DNA of 32,142 nucleotides, from contig PFQB01000098.1 in assembly GCA_002793355.1 (NCBI GenBank), positions 1 through 32,142 on the forward strand, in the 5' to 3' direction. The translations under genes were made by a program, and so were the position numbers. Position 1 is the stretch's first letter. Each line of letters starts with the position of its first letter. The notes below the pieces were generated by a model. It was not told where the DNA came from, did not search any database, and was given only the letters and a program-made list of their open reading frames with translations. Source of the DNA: Candidatus Dojkabacteria bacterium CG_4_10_14_0_2_um_filter_Dojkabacteria_WS6_41_15. Lineage in GTDB: Bacteria; Patescibacteriota; Dojkabacteria; GCA-002793355. Shown in pieces: positions 1 through 8,986 of the stretch.

Positions 1-284
1 CTTATCTCTTTGGAAATACGTTTCATCATACAATTTTACCAAATATATTACGTCAGTTTTTCTAGAAAACTGTTCTAGTATATCGGGTACCTGTCAGTAC
101 TGATAAAGAAAGTGGCAACGAATCCCTTGCCATTACAGAAGGATTAGGCGAGAATCAAAACAACTCTGCTACACGAGAGATTATTATTGGCGTTGAATAT
201 GTGATGCCTGGGATGGCGAAAAAGCTTTCTGATTTAGGTATTTAGGCTGCCAAGCAATTTCCTGACAGTATTCGCTGGGACAAC

Positions 285-1637
285 ATGCAGTCTTCAGCAA
301 AAAGTAAAATCAACTTTTCTAAAACTGATCGTTATGTGGAAGAATTCCAAAATGCCGGGTTTAAAACACTCGTACTAGCCTTACGCTCCAGAAGTTTGTG
401 GGCAAGTAAGGATTTCTTATTGGATCACTCACCGAAATTGGAGTATCTTGATGATTATGGAAATTGGATTCAGGTTGTCGTGGAGAGGTACGACAAAGAC
501 GGAATGAATGACATGCCAGGGCTAAAATACCCTGTTATTTATTATGAAATTGGTACAGAATTTTCTAGTTATGAACCGGAATCTACCCAAAATTACCTAG
601 AAATGCTGGCAACCGCATATAAAGTTGCTCATACTGCATATAGTGATGTCAAAATTCTTCATGCTGCATTTCTAACCTCAAATGTATTTAAATCCTATTC
701 TACAGAATTAGCATATTCTAACCTCAATGAGATTGAAAAACATTTTAAAGAAAACGAAGCATTATTAAAGAAACATGCCAAGCCATTAGCTGAAAACAGA
801 AAGGTATTAGACAGGTCCGATATTTTTGATGTGGTTAATTTTCACTCTTTGGGGAATCCAGAAGAAATTGAAGGTAATGTGCGATGGTTAGAGTTAGAAA
901 TGAAAAAAAGAGGAATTTCTAAACCTATTATTATTAGTGATACTGGAATTTCACCGTTTGTGGGTCTTGGTCCTGCGACTTCATGCAAGGGCAAGCAGGT
1001 TGCTATTTTATTTCCTCCAGCAAATAATAATGATCGTTGCAGATTAGCTGAATACTTTAAGAAATTGATTAATAAGGATTCGGACTCTTTAGAATGGGTC
1101 AGAGGATTTGCCGGAATAGACGTTGTGAAAAGGGTTGTTATAGCGGCAGATCAAGGAGTAACCTTAATTGATACAGTTTGGGCTGAAGAACTTCCTTTAG
1201 CTCAAGCAGCTTTATTCCAGGCGGCCTCAGGAAACAATGGCTGGGGTGGTATGACTAAGACAAATATCAATGTTTTTACCGAACAAAGAACTATTGTTGA
1301 AATATACCCATCATTTTATGCTTTAAAACAGCTGCAAGCATTTATCAAGGGATATACGCAAATAAGCAGAATCCAGACGCGAGATACTAATGTTCGAATT
1401 TATGAGCTGATAATTAACAAGAAAAAGAAATGGATTGCATGGTATGAGTCGGGAAAATTGTTGTTACCCGAAGACAAATCCTCAACAGTGCAATTTCAGT
1501 TTACTGTTGATTCTGATAAAACTGTTGAAAATGTTATAACAAAACAGAATCAAACCAATGCTCGGAAGCAGAAGATAAAAGTCGCGGGAGGTAAGGTCTC
1601 CATAACCCTTACTGACAATCCTTTATATATTTATTAA
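285..1637 (+). CDS. Hypothetical protein, possibly a TIM-barrel glycoside-hydrolase-like fold. The N-terminus appears interrupted by an in-frame TAG at 243-245.
   Basis: Long 450-aa ORF. Segments such as YYEIGTEFSSYEP and KPIIISDTGIS loosely resemble GH clan-A strand-end motifs. The same frame stays protein-like upstream (IIIGVEYVMPGMAKKLSDLGI-stop-AAKQFPDSIRWDNM). Confidence 0.5.
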   Translation: MQSSAKSKINFSKTDRYVEEFQNAGFKTLVLALRSRSLWASKDFLLDHSPKLEYLDDYGNWIQVVVERYDKDGMNDMPGLKYPVIYYEIGTEFSSYEPESTQNYLEMLATAYKVAHTAYSDVKILHAAFLTSNVFKSYSTELAYSNLNEIEKHFKENEALLKKHAKPLAENRKVLDRSDIFDVVNFHSLGNPEEIEGNVRWLELEMKKRGISKPIIISDTGISPFVGLGPATSCKGKQVAILFPPANNNDRCRLAEYFKKLINKDSDSLEWVRGFAGIDVVKRVVIAADQGVTLIDTVWAEELPLAQAALFQAASGNNGWGGMTKTNINVFTEQRTIVEIYPSFYALKQLQAFIKGYTQISRIQTRDTNVRIYELIINKKKKWIAWYESGKLLLPEDKSSTVQFQFTVDSDKTVENVITKQNQTNARKQKIKVAGGKVSITLTDNPLYIY

Positions 1638-1722
1638 GTTCTGCGTTTGAATATAGCGATACACATATGTCTTAGTAGAATTGGTGTAGAATATAACACT
1701 TAATTATTATTCACCTAGAAAT

Positions 1723-2235
1723 ATGAAAAGTACTTCAATCCAACCGTTCTTGTTGCCAGCAGCAATCGTTATTTCTGCCCTAGTGTTAGGTTGGGCTATT
1801 TACTCGAATTCTATGCAAAAGGCTATTCCGCAAGGAGGCACGCCTATACCAACAGCTTCCGCTACTCCGATTCCGACGACCCCTGTGATAACGGCGACCG
1901 TAAAGGTTACACTAGCGCCTACAACTGTAGCTCCAACACCTACAATTTCTGATTCAGTCCTTCTTAAGGCTGCTGTTTTGGCAAAGAGCGGTATTCCAGC
2001 AAACAAATTTGAGTTCTCTATTGGAAAGAATCTTGGTACCATGGCAAGTGGCTCGGTTCGTAACACAGATGACATGGGTGGAGCTGCTTGGTTTGCAGGA
2101 AAGAAAAACGGTACATGGAAGGTTTCTTATATTGGACAGGGAGTTCCTACATGTGCGGAAATTGCCGATTTTCCTTACCCGACAACCTGGTTGTCACACT
2201 GTCTGAATGCGAGCGGGGATACGATTGCGAGGTAG
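1723..2235 (+). CDS. Membrane-anchored or secreted protein with a Pro/Thr-rich linker; function unknown
   Basis: N-terminal hydrophobic helix (FLLPAAIVISALVLGWAIY), then a PT-rich low-complexity linker (TPIPTASATPIPTTPVITAT...), then a small C-terminal globular part. Confidence 0.6.
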   Translation: MKSTSIQPFLLPAAIVISALVLGWAIYSNSMQKAIPQGGTPIPTASATPIPTTPVITATVKVTLAPTTVAPTPTISDSVLLKAAVLAKSGIPANKFEFSIGKNLGTMASGSVRNTDDMGGAAWFAGKKNGTWKVSYIGQGVPTCAEIADFPYPTTWLSHCLNASGDTIAR

Positions 2236-2236
2236 C

Positions 2237-2683
2237 ATGAGCAAAAGCGACGGTAAGAGAATTATTGTTGGGGTTAATGCCCTTATCATTGATGGAGCGA
2301 CACACAGGTTGTTTTGCATTAAGAGAGCCGATACTGACAGCTTTTTTCCTGGAATGTACGCATTGCCGGGTGGTGGAATAAACAAAGGTGAGCAAATATC
2401 AGAAGCGATAAAAAGAGAATTTCTTGAAGAGACAGGTTATTTGTTTGAACATCCTACAGACGTGAAATTAGAAGCAACGGTGGATCTCGGCAAAATCGTT
2501 TTGCAAGTCTTGGTGGTGGAAGGAACGTTAGGGGATAAAGTAACTGATAAAGTTGACTCCGACATTGCCGAAGTAGGATGGGTAAGTTTTGACCTATTCT
2601 TCCGCTCATTGAGAGAACATCACTACCCAGAATCAGAAATACAGAAGTTTCGCCTATACCTACGCAACAAACTTCAGAAGTAG
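2237..2683 (+). CDS. Nudix hydrolase
   Basis: Nudix box GGGINKGEQISEAIKREFLEETG (GX5EX7REUXEEXGU). The ATG at 2237 (MSKSDGKRIIVG) is preferred over the upstream ATG at 2207, which overlaps the previous gene. Confidence 0.85.
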   Translation: MSKSDGKRIIVGVNALIIDGATHRLFCIKRADTDSFFPGMYALPGGGINKGEQISEAIKREFLEETGYLFEHPTDVKLEATVDLGKIVLQVLVVEGTLGDKVTDKVDSDIAEVGWVSFDLFFRSLREHHYPESEIQKFRLYLRNKLQK

Positions 2684-2713
2684 CATTCACTTTTCGCGTG
2701 CAATACTTGCAGC

Positions 2714-3853
2714 ATGAAAACATTTGCTGCGATTGCCACCTATCTAATCAGTAAACGACTTACGTCAAGTCAGTCGATGGCAAAATGGTTTGTCACTTTA
2801 CTTGGACAGTTTGGGGCAACGGGAAAAGCCGCATTTTATCAGGGTGAATTTCATGAAGCGATACGACAACTGTATGATAGCGATATTTTAAATAGCGAGC
2901 TTGCGTCGCATTTGTTGCAAATCACGCTGTGGTTGGACGAAGCACTAAGTTTTGTCGAAGAGTTGGAAGATAGTGGTGTCAAAATTTTGTTGCCTGGCGA
3001 TTTCGGCTTTCCTGCAGAGTTTGCCGAAATCGCCGACAAACCAGCAATATTATATTGCCGCGGTAACCTCGAACTGCTTGTTGCCAAAGAAAAAATCACC
3101 TTGGTTGGTACTAGAAATCCGTCTTTATGGGGACAATTGAAAGCAAAACAATTCGCTTTTGAGGCTGCAAACTGCAATATTGTTACTGTTTCCGGGTTGG
3201 CGCAAGGTGTTGATTCTTTGGTATTTGAAGAAACCTTGCGCGCAAAAGGAAAAACAATTGCAATACTTCCGCAACTACCTAAAAATGCAAGTGTTGAGGT
3301 TTCTGCCAATTCTTTACTTGTATCTGAGTATCCTCCTAGCGATGTAGAAATCTCGAAGTGGCAGTTCATCGCGCGAAATCGTTTACTTGCAGCCCTATCT
3401 CCAGCAACAGTAATTATTGAGGCTCCGTTGCGAAGCGGAGCGCTAATAACGGCAGATTTGGCAATCTCCTATGGCCGTTCCGTATATGTTGCAATACCCG
3501 ATCCCAATGAAGAAGTATCGTACGGAGGGCTTACTTTTGGAATTCAACAAGCACTAGGAGCCTTTATTCAAAGCCTGTACGACTTGCTTTACCTTGAAGA
3601 CCGAGGAGAGTTGCTGGAGACCTATAAGCTATTTATAGAACGTCTATCACAAGGAAAAATTGCCATCAAACCAAAGGACCATCGGCATCTGTCACAGGCA
3701 GACCTAAAGAGATACATATATGCGTCATCTAAAGGCGATTTATCCTGTTTCGAGTCTTTCGTGGTAGAATTACACCGATTTGGTATTATTAGAGAACGAA
3801 AAAACAAAATGGTAATTAATTTCTCGGGATATAATTCATGGCCAAAAACTTAG
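2714..3853 (+). CDS. dprA: DNA processing protein DprA/Smf
   Basis: Rossmann-like DprA core motifs (VSGLAQGVDSLVFEETL, IIEAPLRSGALITADLA). Conserved dprA-topA adjacency with a 16-nt overlap. Confidence 0.85.
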   Translation: MKTFAAIATYLISKRLTSSQSMAKWFVTLLGQFGATGKAAFYQGEFHEAIRQLYDSDILNSELASHLLQITLWLDEALSFVEELEDSGVKILLPGDFGFPAEFAEIADKPAILYCRGNLELLVAKEKITLVGTRNPSLWGQLKAKQFAFEAANCNIVTVSGLAQGVDSLVFEETLRAKGKTIAILPQLPKNASVEVSANSLLVSEYPPSDVEISKWQFIARNRLLAALSPATVIIEAPLRSGALITADLAISYGRSVYVAIPDPNEEVSYGGLTFGIQQALGAFIQSLYDLLYLEDRGELLETYKLFIERLSQGKIAIKPKDHRHLSQADLKRYIYASSKGDLSCFESFVVELHRFGIIRERKNKMVINFSGYNSWPKT

Positions 3854-6084
3854 TAATCGTAGAATCTCCGGCTAAAGCGAAGACAATTCAAGGCTATTTA
3901 GGGAAGGATTTTGCAGTAATTGCAACGGTTGGACATATTATTGATCTCCCAACCAGCAAACTTGGTGTAGATATAGAAAATGGATACGAAATGGTTTATA
4001 CGACCATAAAAGGGAAAGATAAGGTGATTGAGTCTATCAAGAAAGCCGTAAAAGCAACGTCAGGAACGGTATACTTAGCGCCTGACCCTGACCGTGAGGG
4101 AGAGGCTATCGCATGGCAAGTTGCGCAGATTTGTAAATTCCCAGCGAAGAGCGAGAAAGCACGTCGCGCCGTTTTCCACGAAATTACCAAAGAAGCTATT
4201 GGTGCTGCCATTCAAAATACACGAGACGTAGATGCATCGTTAGTTGAGGCACAGCAAGCAAGGAGAATTTTGGATCGTTTGGTCGGTTATCCGCTATCCA
4301 TGTTGCTTTGGAAAAAAATTCAATTTGGGCTTTCGGCCGGACGTGTTCAATCTGCAGCCTTACGATTGATTGTTGAACGAGAAGATGAGATTAAAGCGTT
4401 TGTTCCAACTCCATATATGACCTTTACCTCGAAATATAAAGGAACTGATGTTGTATTTACGTTAGTCGATGCGAAAGGAAGTATGGTCAAGGCAGTACCC
4501 GAGCAAGGAAATGAACTTAAGAAGCTCCTCGATTTGCAGGGAAAGCATGAGGTAATTGAGCACAAAACGAAAACGGTTACATCATCACCGCCACCACCTT
4601 TAGTGACTTCAACTATGCAGCAGGCAGCAAATCAAACCTATGGATTTACCGCCAAGATGACGATGAAATTTGCCCAAGAATTATATCAAGGCGTAAATAT
4701 CAAAGAGAAAGGCGGACTTATCGGGTTGATATCCTATATGCGTACCGATTCGGTCAACATGAGCGAGCAAGCAATTGCGGCAATTCGGGATTTAATCGAG
4801 AAAAAATATGGTAAGGAATATCTACATGATACAGCGCGACGATATAAGACAAAGTCGGCGGTCGCGCAAGAAGCACACGAAGCCATTCGCCCAACACATG
4901 TTGAATTATTGCCTTCGATGGTTCGGGAATACCTTACGCCGCAGCAGTATAAACTGTATGCATTGATTTGGCGCAGAGCGGTTGCTACACAAATGAAACC
5001 TCAGATTTTAGAGGAAGAAAATGTAAAGACGGTTCCCGTGCAAAGCGAGGCAAGAACTTTTGTTGACAAAGAGAAATGGGCGTTTGAGACCGTAGCGCAA
5101 CGAGAAGTCTTTGCTGGGTATCGACTGCTTAAACATGCAGAAGAGAAGGAAATTAAGCCACTTCCTGTAGTTTCCAAAGGTGACCAACTGACTGTTTCGG
5201 AAATTAAGGCCGAGAATTTAATGACAACGCCAAGAAGTCGCTTCAACGATGCAACGTTGGTTAAAGAAATGGAAAAACTAGGTATCGGTAGACCTTCAAC
5301 GTATGCATCCATAATAGGCACATTGATTGCCAGAAATTATGCTCTTCGCGAGATGAAATTCTTAATTCCAACAGAGATTGGAATCTTGGTGTGTAATTTT
5401 TTGAAAAAACATTTTGTAAAAATAGTTGATTACGCTTTTACGGCGCAAATGGAGAAGGAATTGGATGAAATCGCTAATGCAACGTTAACAAAAAAGAAAA
5501 TGCTAGAAGCATTTTATCCTGATTTCGCAAAAGATATTGAAGAGAAGAACAAGTCCATTGTAAAAGAGGAGTTAACGTCACTAGGTGAAACAGACAAAGA
5601 ATGCAGAAAATGTGGTACAAAAATGCACTTGAAGATTGGTCCCTGGGGTCAGTATTATGTTTGCCCGAACGAAAAATGCAAGAATAAAGAGCCTTTTGTT
5701 GATATGACGAAATACTTTGTTCCCGAAGAAGTCGACAAAGGTGGATATATTCTCAAAAAAGGACGCTTTGGCGTTTTTTGGGCTCATCCTGACTACCCAG
5801 AAGTAAAGAAAACGCTTCCAATGCTTCTTAAGGAAGTCTGCCCAGATTGTGATGCTCACCTTGTAGAAAGAAAAGGAAAAACTGGACGTCCCTTTATTGG
5901 TTGCTCAGCGTATCCGAACTGTAAGTATATTAAAAGCAGATTCTTTAAAAAGGGAGATGCTGCAAAATCCGGCGAAGCAAGTACAGCCAAGAGTCCTGCA
6001 GAAACAACGTCGATAAAAAAGGTAGTTAGCAAAAAAGTCATAAAAAAGAGTGCCTCAAAAGCTAAGACCAAGAGAACAAAGTAA
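3838..6084 (+). CDS. topA: DNA topoisomerase I
   Basis: TOPRIM N-terminus (LVIVESPAKAKTIQGYLG), catalytic Tyr context (ISYMRTDS), C-terminal Cys4 zinc ribbons (CRKCGT..CPNEKC, CPDCDA..CSAYPNC) and a Lys-rich tail. Confidence 0.95.
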   Translation: MAKNLVIVESPAKAKTIQGYLGKDFAVIATVGHIIDLPTSKLGVDIENGYEMVYTTIKGKDKVIESIKKAVKATSGTVYLAPDPDREGEAIAWQVAQICKFPAKSEKARRAVFHEITKEAIGAAIQNTRDVDASLVEAQQARRILDRLVGYPLSMLLWKKIQFGLSAGRVQSAALRLIVEREDEIKAFVPTPYMTFTSKYKGTDVVFTLVDAKGSMVKAVPEQGNELKKLLDLQGKHEVIEHKTKTVTSSPPPPLVTSTMQQAANQTYGFTAKMTMKFAQELYQGVNIKEKGGLIGLISYMRTDSVNMSEQAIAAIRDLIEKKYGKEYLHDTARRYKTKSAVAQEAHEAIRPTHVELLPSMVREYLTPQQYKLYALIWRRAVATQMKPQILEEENVKTVPVQSEARTFVDKEKWAFETVAQREVFAGYRLLKHAEEKEIKPLPVVSKGDQLTVSEIKAENLMTTPRSRFNDATLVKEMEKLGIGRPSTYASIIGTLIARNYALREMKFLIPTEIGILVCNFLKKHFVKIVDYAFTAQMEKELDEIANATLTKKKMLEAFYPDFAKDIEEKNKSIVKEELTSLGETDKECRKCGTKMHLKIGPWGQYYVCPNEKCKNKEPFVDMTKYFVPEEVDKGGYILKKGRFGVFWAHPDYPEVKKTLPMLLKEVCPDCDAHLVERKGKTGRPFIGCSAYPNCKYIKSRFFKKGDAAKSGEASTAKSPAETTSIKKVVSKKVIKKSASKAKTKRTK

Positions 6085-6715
6085 CCGTTTTGGGTATTCA
6101 TCGCTGGATACCTGCGATTTATGGGCTCTGGTGCTTCGTATTGGTTCAGCACAGAAATCAGTATTTGAACTATCAAGAGAGTTGGCCCCTCTTGTCGAAA
6201 ACAGCATATCTTCGGCACAATCTACGAATGAATTTAGTTCGCTTGTAGATAAGCAAATTCGTCCAGGTTCGGTTCAGAAGCATGCAATATTGGGAATGTA
6301 TGAGCTTTTACTACGGCAAAAAACGGAGAATATCCCAAGTCTCCGCTACACAACACCGGCTGCTTTAGTGGAATTGTTTCGGCATCTTCGAACAAAACAG
6401 CAAGAGTACGTTTATGGAGTATATCTCTCTCCTCGGTTGCAAATTGTTCATACGGAACTTCTAACGAAAGGAACAACGGATTCGGTGTTAATAGACGCTC
6501 GCGATGTGCTATATTTTGGCATCAAATTTCGCTCACGACAATTTGTTCTCATTCATAATCATCCATCAGGTGATCCAAAGCCGAGTTCTGAAGATATTGA
6601 GCAGACAAAGCGGATTGTTAGTGCCGCAGAATTGTTAACGATGAAATTGATTGACCATATCATCATCGCAAAGGAGGGGTATTTTAGTTTTCATGAATTT
6701 ACGAGTGTGCTATAA
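6050..6715 (+). CDS. radC: RadC-family JAB/MPN domain protein
   Basis: JAB motif HNHPSGDPKPSSEDIEQT and N-terminal HhH-like LWALVLRIGSAQKSV. The start is uncertain: the ATG at 6050 overlaps the topA tail by 35 nt. Confidence 0.8.
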   Translation: MPQKLRPREQSNRFGYSSLDTCDLWALVLRIGSAQKSVFELSRELAPLVENSISSAQSTNEFSSLVDKQIRPGSVQKHAILGMYELLLRQKTENIPSLRYTTPAALVELFRHLRTKQQEYVYGVYLSPRLQIVHTELLTKGTTDSVLIDARDVLYFGIKFRSRQFVLIHNHPSGDPKPSSEDIEQTKRIVSAAELLTMKLIDHIIIAKEGYFSFHEFTSVL

Positions 6716-6754
6716 TCAACCACCTCGAAAGAGGAAAACATTTTAAAATAATTC

Positions 6755-6789
6755 AGGTTTCCGCACTCCTGCCAAATGGTCGGAAACTT
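6755..6789 (+). promoter_or_regulatory. Hairpin in the rpsB 5' leader, a possible S2 autoregulatory element
   Basis: GTTTCCG (6757-6763) pairs with CGGAAAC (6781-6787), extendable by 2 bp, with a 17-nt loop. It lies immediately upstream of the AAAGGAG SD of rpsB. Confidence 0.3.
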
Positions 6790-6806
6790 AGGTAAAAGGA
6801 GACAAT

Positions 6807-7844
6807 ATGGACCAAGAAAAAGCAAACATTTCATTTCCTTCAACAGACGATCTGTTGAAAGCAGGCGCCCAATTTGGACACTCTGCACAACGCTGGCACC
6901 CAGCATTTCAGCCCTTCATTTACAAAGAAACCAAGGGTATTCATATAATCGATGTACGAAAAACTGTACCTGCGTTAAAAACTGCAGTTGAATTTCTTGT
7001 TGCTTCCGTTCAAAAAGAAGCACGAGTATTAATTGTTGGTACGAAAAAACAAGCTGCACCTATTGTATTGGAAATGGGCGAAAAATTTGGAGTTTACTAT
7101 GTAAATGACAAGTGGCCCTCAGGCTTGCTCACAAACTTTAAAACTGTTTCTCAGTCAATTCAAAAATTGCAAAGATTACAAGAACTTCATATCAAAAAGC
7201 GCTATGTGCTTCCAAAAATGGAGTTGCTTGCTATGCAACGAGAAATCGAGAAATTGAAAAAGCGCTTTAACGGCGTTATGTTCATGGATCGACCTCCACA
7301 GGTAATGATTATTATTGATACCAAGTTTGAAAAAATCTCTGTAAAGGAAGCCCGTGCCTTAGATATTCCGATCGTTGGTGTTGTAGACTCGAACTGTGAC
7401 CCAAGACTTATCACGTATCCTATTCCTTCAAACGATGATGCAATCAAGGCAATTCGTTTACTCTTTGGCGTTTTCAGTGAAGTTCTCAGCAAATATAGCA
7501 CTAAGCGCTTGGTTCCTATGCGCGAACAATTTGCTCGACGCTTAGTCGAACTTGAAAAATCTGTAGAAGAAGAGCACCGAATTAAGCTAGCCAGCGAAGC
7601 ACCTCAAGCGGCCTACGAACCAGTGGTTACTCCTCGAGAAGAATCAAAGACAGGTCGAACTGTTCGTGTTACCTCCTTCCGCGCTGTTGCTGATCTTAAA
7701 CTCCCCGCGTCAGTAATCGAGAAACTTACTCAAGCAGGAATTACTTCGGTCGAGCAATTGAAAGAGAAAACTCTCGACGAGCTTAAAGGAATTAAGGGAA
7801 TTGGCGCAAAGACGGCTGAGAAAATAAGCTCATTGGTCAAATAA
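6807..7844 (+). CDS. rpsB: 30S ribosomal protein S2 with an approximately 100-aa C-terminal extension ending in a helix-hairpin-helix motif
   Basis: The S2 core (GAQFGHSAQRWHP, IVGVVDSNCDP) is preceded by a strong SD. The tail contains LKGIKGIGAKTAEKI. Confidence 0.95.
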   Translation: MDQEKANISFPSTDDLLKAGAQFGHSAQRWHPAFQPFIYKETKGIHIIDVRKTVPALKTAVEFLVASVQKEARVLIVGTKKQAAPIVLEMGEKFGVYYVNDKWPSGLLTNFKTVSQSIQKLQRLQELHIKKRYVLPKMELLAMQREIEKLKKRFNGVMFMDRPPQVMIIIDTKFEKISVKEARALDIPIVGVVDSNCDPRLITYPIPSNDDAIKAIRLLFGVFSEVLSKYSTKRLVPMREQFARRLVELEKSVEEEHRIKLASEAPQAAYEPVVTPREESKTGRTVRVTSFRAVADLKLPASVIEKLTQAGITSVEQLKEKTLDELKGIKGIGAKTAEKISSLVK

Positions 7845-7845
7845 T

Positions 7846-8430
7846 ATGGCAAAAAACGATATTCTTCTAAAACTCCGTCAAGAGACGAAAGCAAGTTTTG
7901 GTCTTTGTAAGGAAGCCGCAGAAAAGTTCCCAGATAATTACGAAGAGGCAAAAAAGCTCATTATCGAACTCATTAAAGAAAAGGCAGGCAAGCGCGAAGG
8001 CCGAGTAACCCAAAACGGAATCATTCATGCCTACGTTCACGGTAACGCTACACTCGCGTCTATGGTAGAAATACTTTGCGAAACTGACTTTGTTGCTCGA
8101 AATGAAGAGTTATTGGCTTTTGCCCACGAAGTTGCCTTGCAAATTGTTGCAACCAATCCCCTATTTGTTTCTTCAGATTCGATAAAGCCAGAAGTTGTGG
8201 AAGAGATGAAAACACAATGGAAGGCAGAATTACTGGAAGAAAAGAAACCAGAAGCTGCAATCGAGAAAATCATGGAAGGAAAGCTAAAGAAATATCTAGC
8301 AGAAAATACCCTTCTTGATCAACCATATTTTAAAGATGAAAGCAAAACTATCCGTGATCTTCTAGAAGAAGTGACCGGAAAGTTAGGAGAAAACATTAAA
8401 ATATCACGCTTCGAAAGATGGCAGATCTAG
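7846..8430 (+). CDS. tsf: Elongation factor Ts (short form)
   Basis: N-terminal UBA-like LRQETKASFGLCKEA and core motif CETDFVARNEE. Standard rpsB-tsf order. Confidence 0.9.
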   Translation: MAKNDILLKLRQETKASFGLCKEAAEKFPDNYEEAKKLIIELIKEKAGKREGRVTQNGIIHAYVHGNATLASMVEILCETDFVARNEELLAFAHEVALQIVATNPLFVSSDSIKPEVVEEMKTQWKAELLEEKKPEAAIEKIMEGKLKKYLAENTLLDQPYFKDESKTIRDLLEEVTGKLGENIKISRFERWQI

Positions 8431-8981
8431 CCCAGATTTGGTCGGATTTAGATACAGATATGCAGATTGCGGTAGAATCCTTTAAGGAGGAAGCCCAAAA
8501 AATGCGCGCAGGCAGTGTGAACATTGATGCGTTAAAGAATATTCAGGTTTCTGCGTATGGAAGTGCAATGCAGTTGTATCAAATGGCGTCGATTAGTACG
8601 CCAAGTGCTGCCACTGCGGTAATTACCCCGTGGGACAAAGGAAATGTTCAGCCAATAGCTGATGCAATTCAAGCAGAAATGAAAGGTGAAGTAACGCCTT
8701 CTGTAAAAGATTCCTCAATCTATCTTAATTTTCCCCCATTAACGCAAGAGAAAAAGGAAGAGTATACGAAAATTCTCAAAGATAGGTCGGAAAATTTTCG
8801 CCAAGGTTTGCGTGATATTAGGCAAACTGCCAAATCAAAGTTCGAAGAATTAAAGAAAGAGGGCGAGTTGCCAGAAGATGCATTGTTTAAAGCCTTAGAG
8901 GATCTTGACGAAACCACTAAGAAGTTTACTGAACAAATCAACGATATTTACGAGAAAAAACGAGAACTATTGATTAAATAA
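8418..8981 (+). CDS. frr: Ribosome recycling factor
   Basis: 187 aa. Typical RRF pattern (VESFKEEAQKMRAGSVNIDALKNIQVSAYGS ... IRDIRQTAKSKFEELKK). Overlaps tsf by 13 nt. Confidence 0.9.
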   Translation: MADLAQIWSDLDTDMQIAVESFKEEAQKMRAGSVNIDALKNIQVSAYGSAMQLYQMASISTPSAATAVITPWDKGNVQPIADAIQAEMKGEVTPSVKDSSIYLNFPPLTQEKKEEYTKILKDRSENFRQGLRDIRQTAKSKFEELKKEGELPEDALFKALEDLDETTKKFTEQINDIYEKKRELLIK

Positions 8982-8986
8982 CCATC

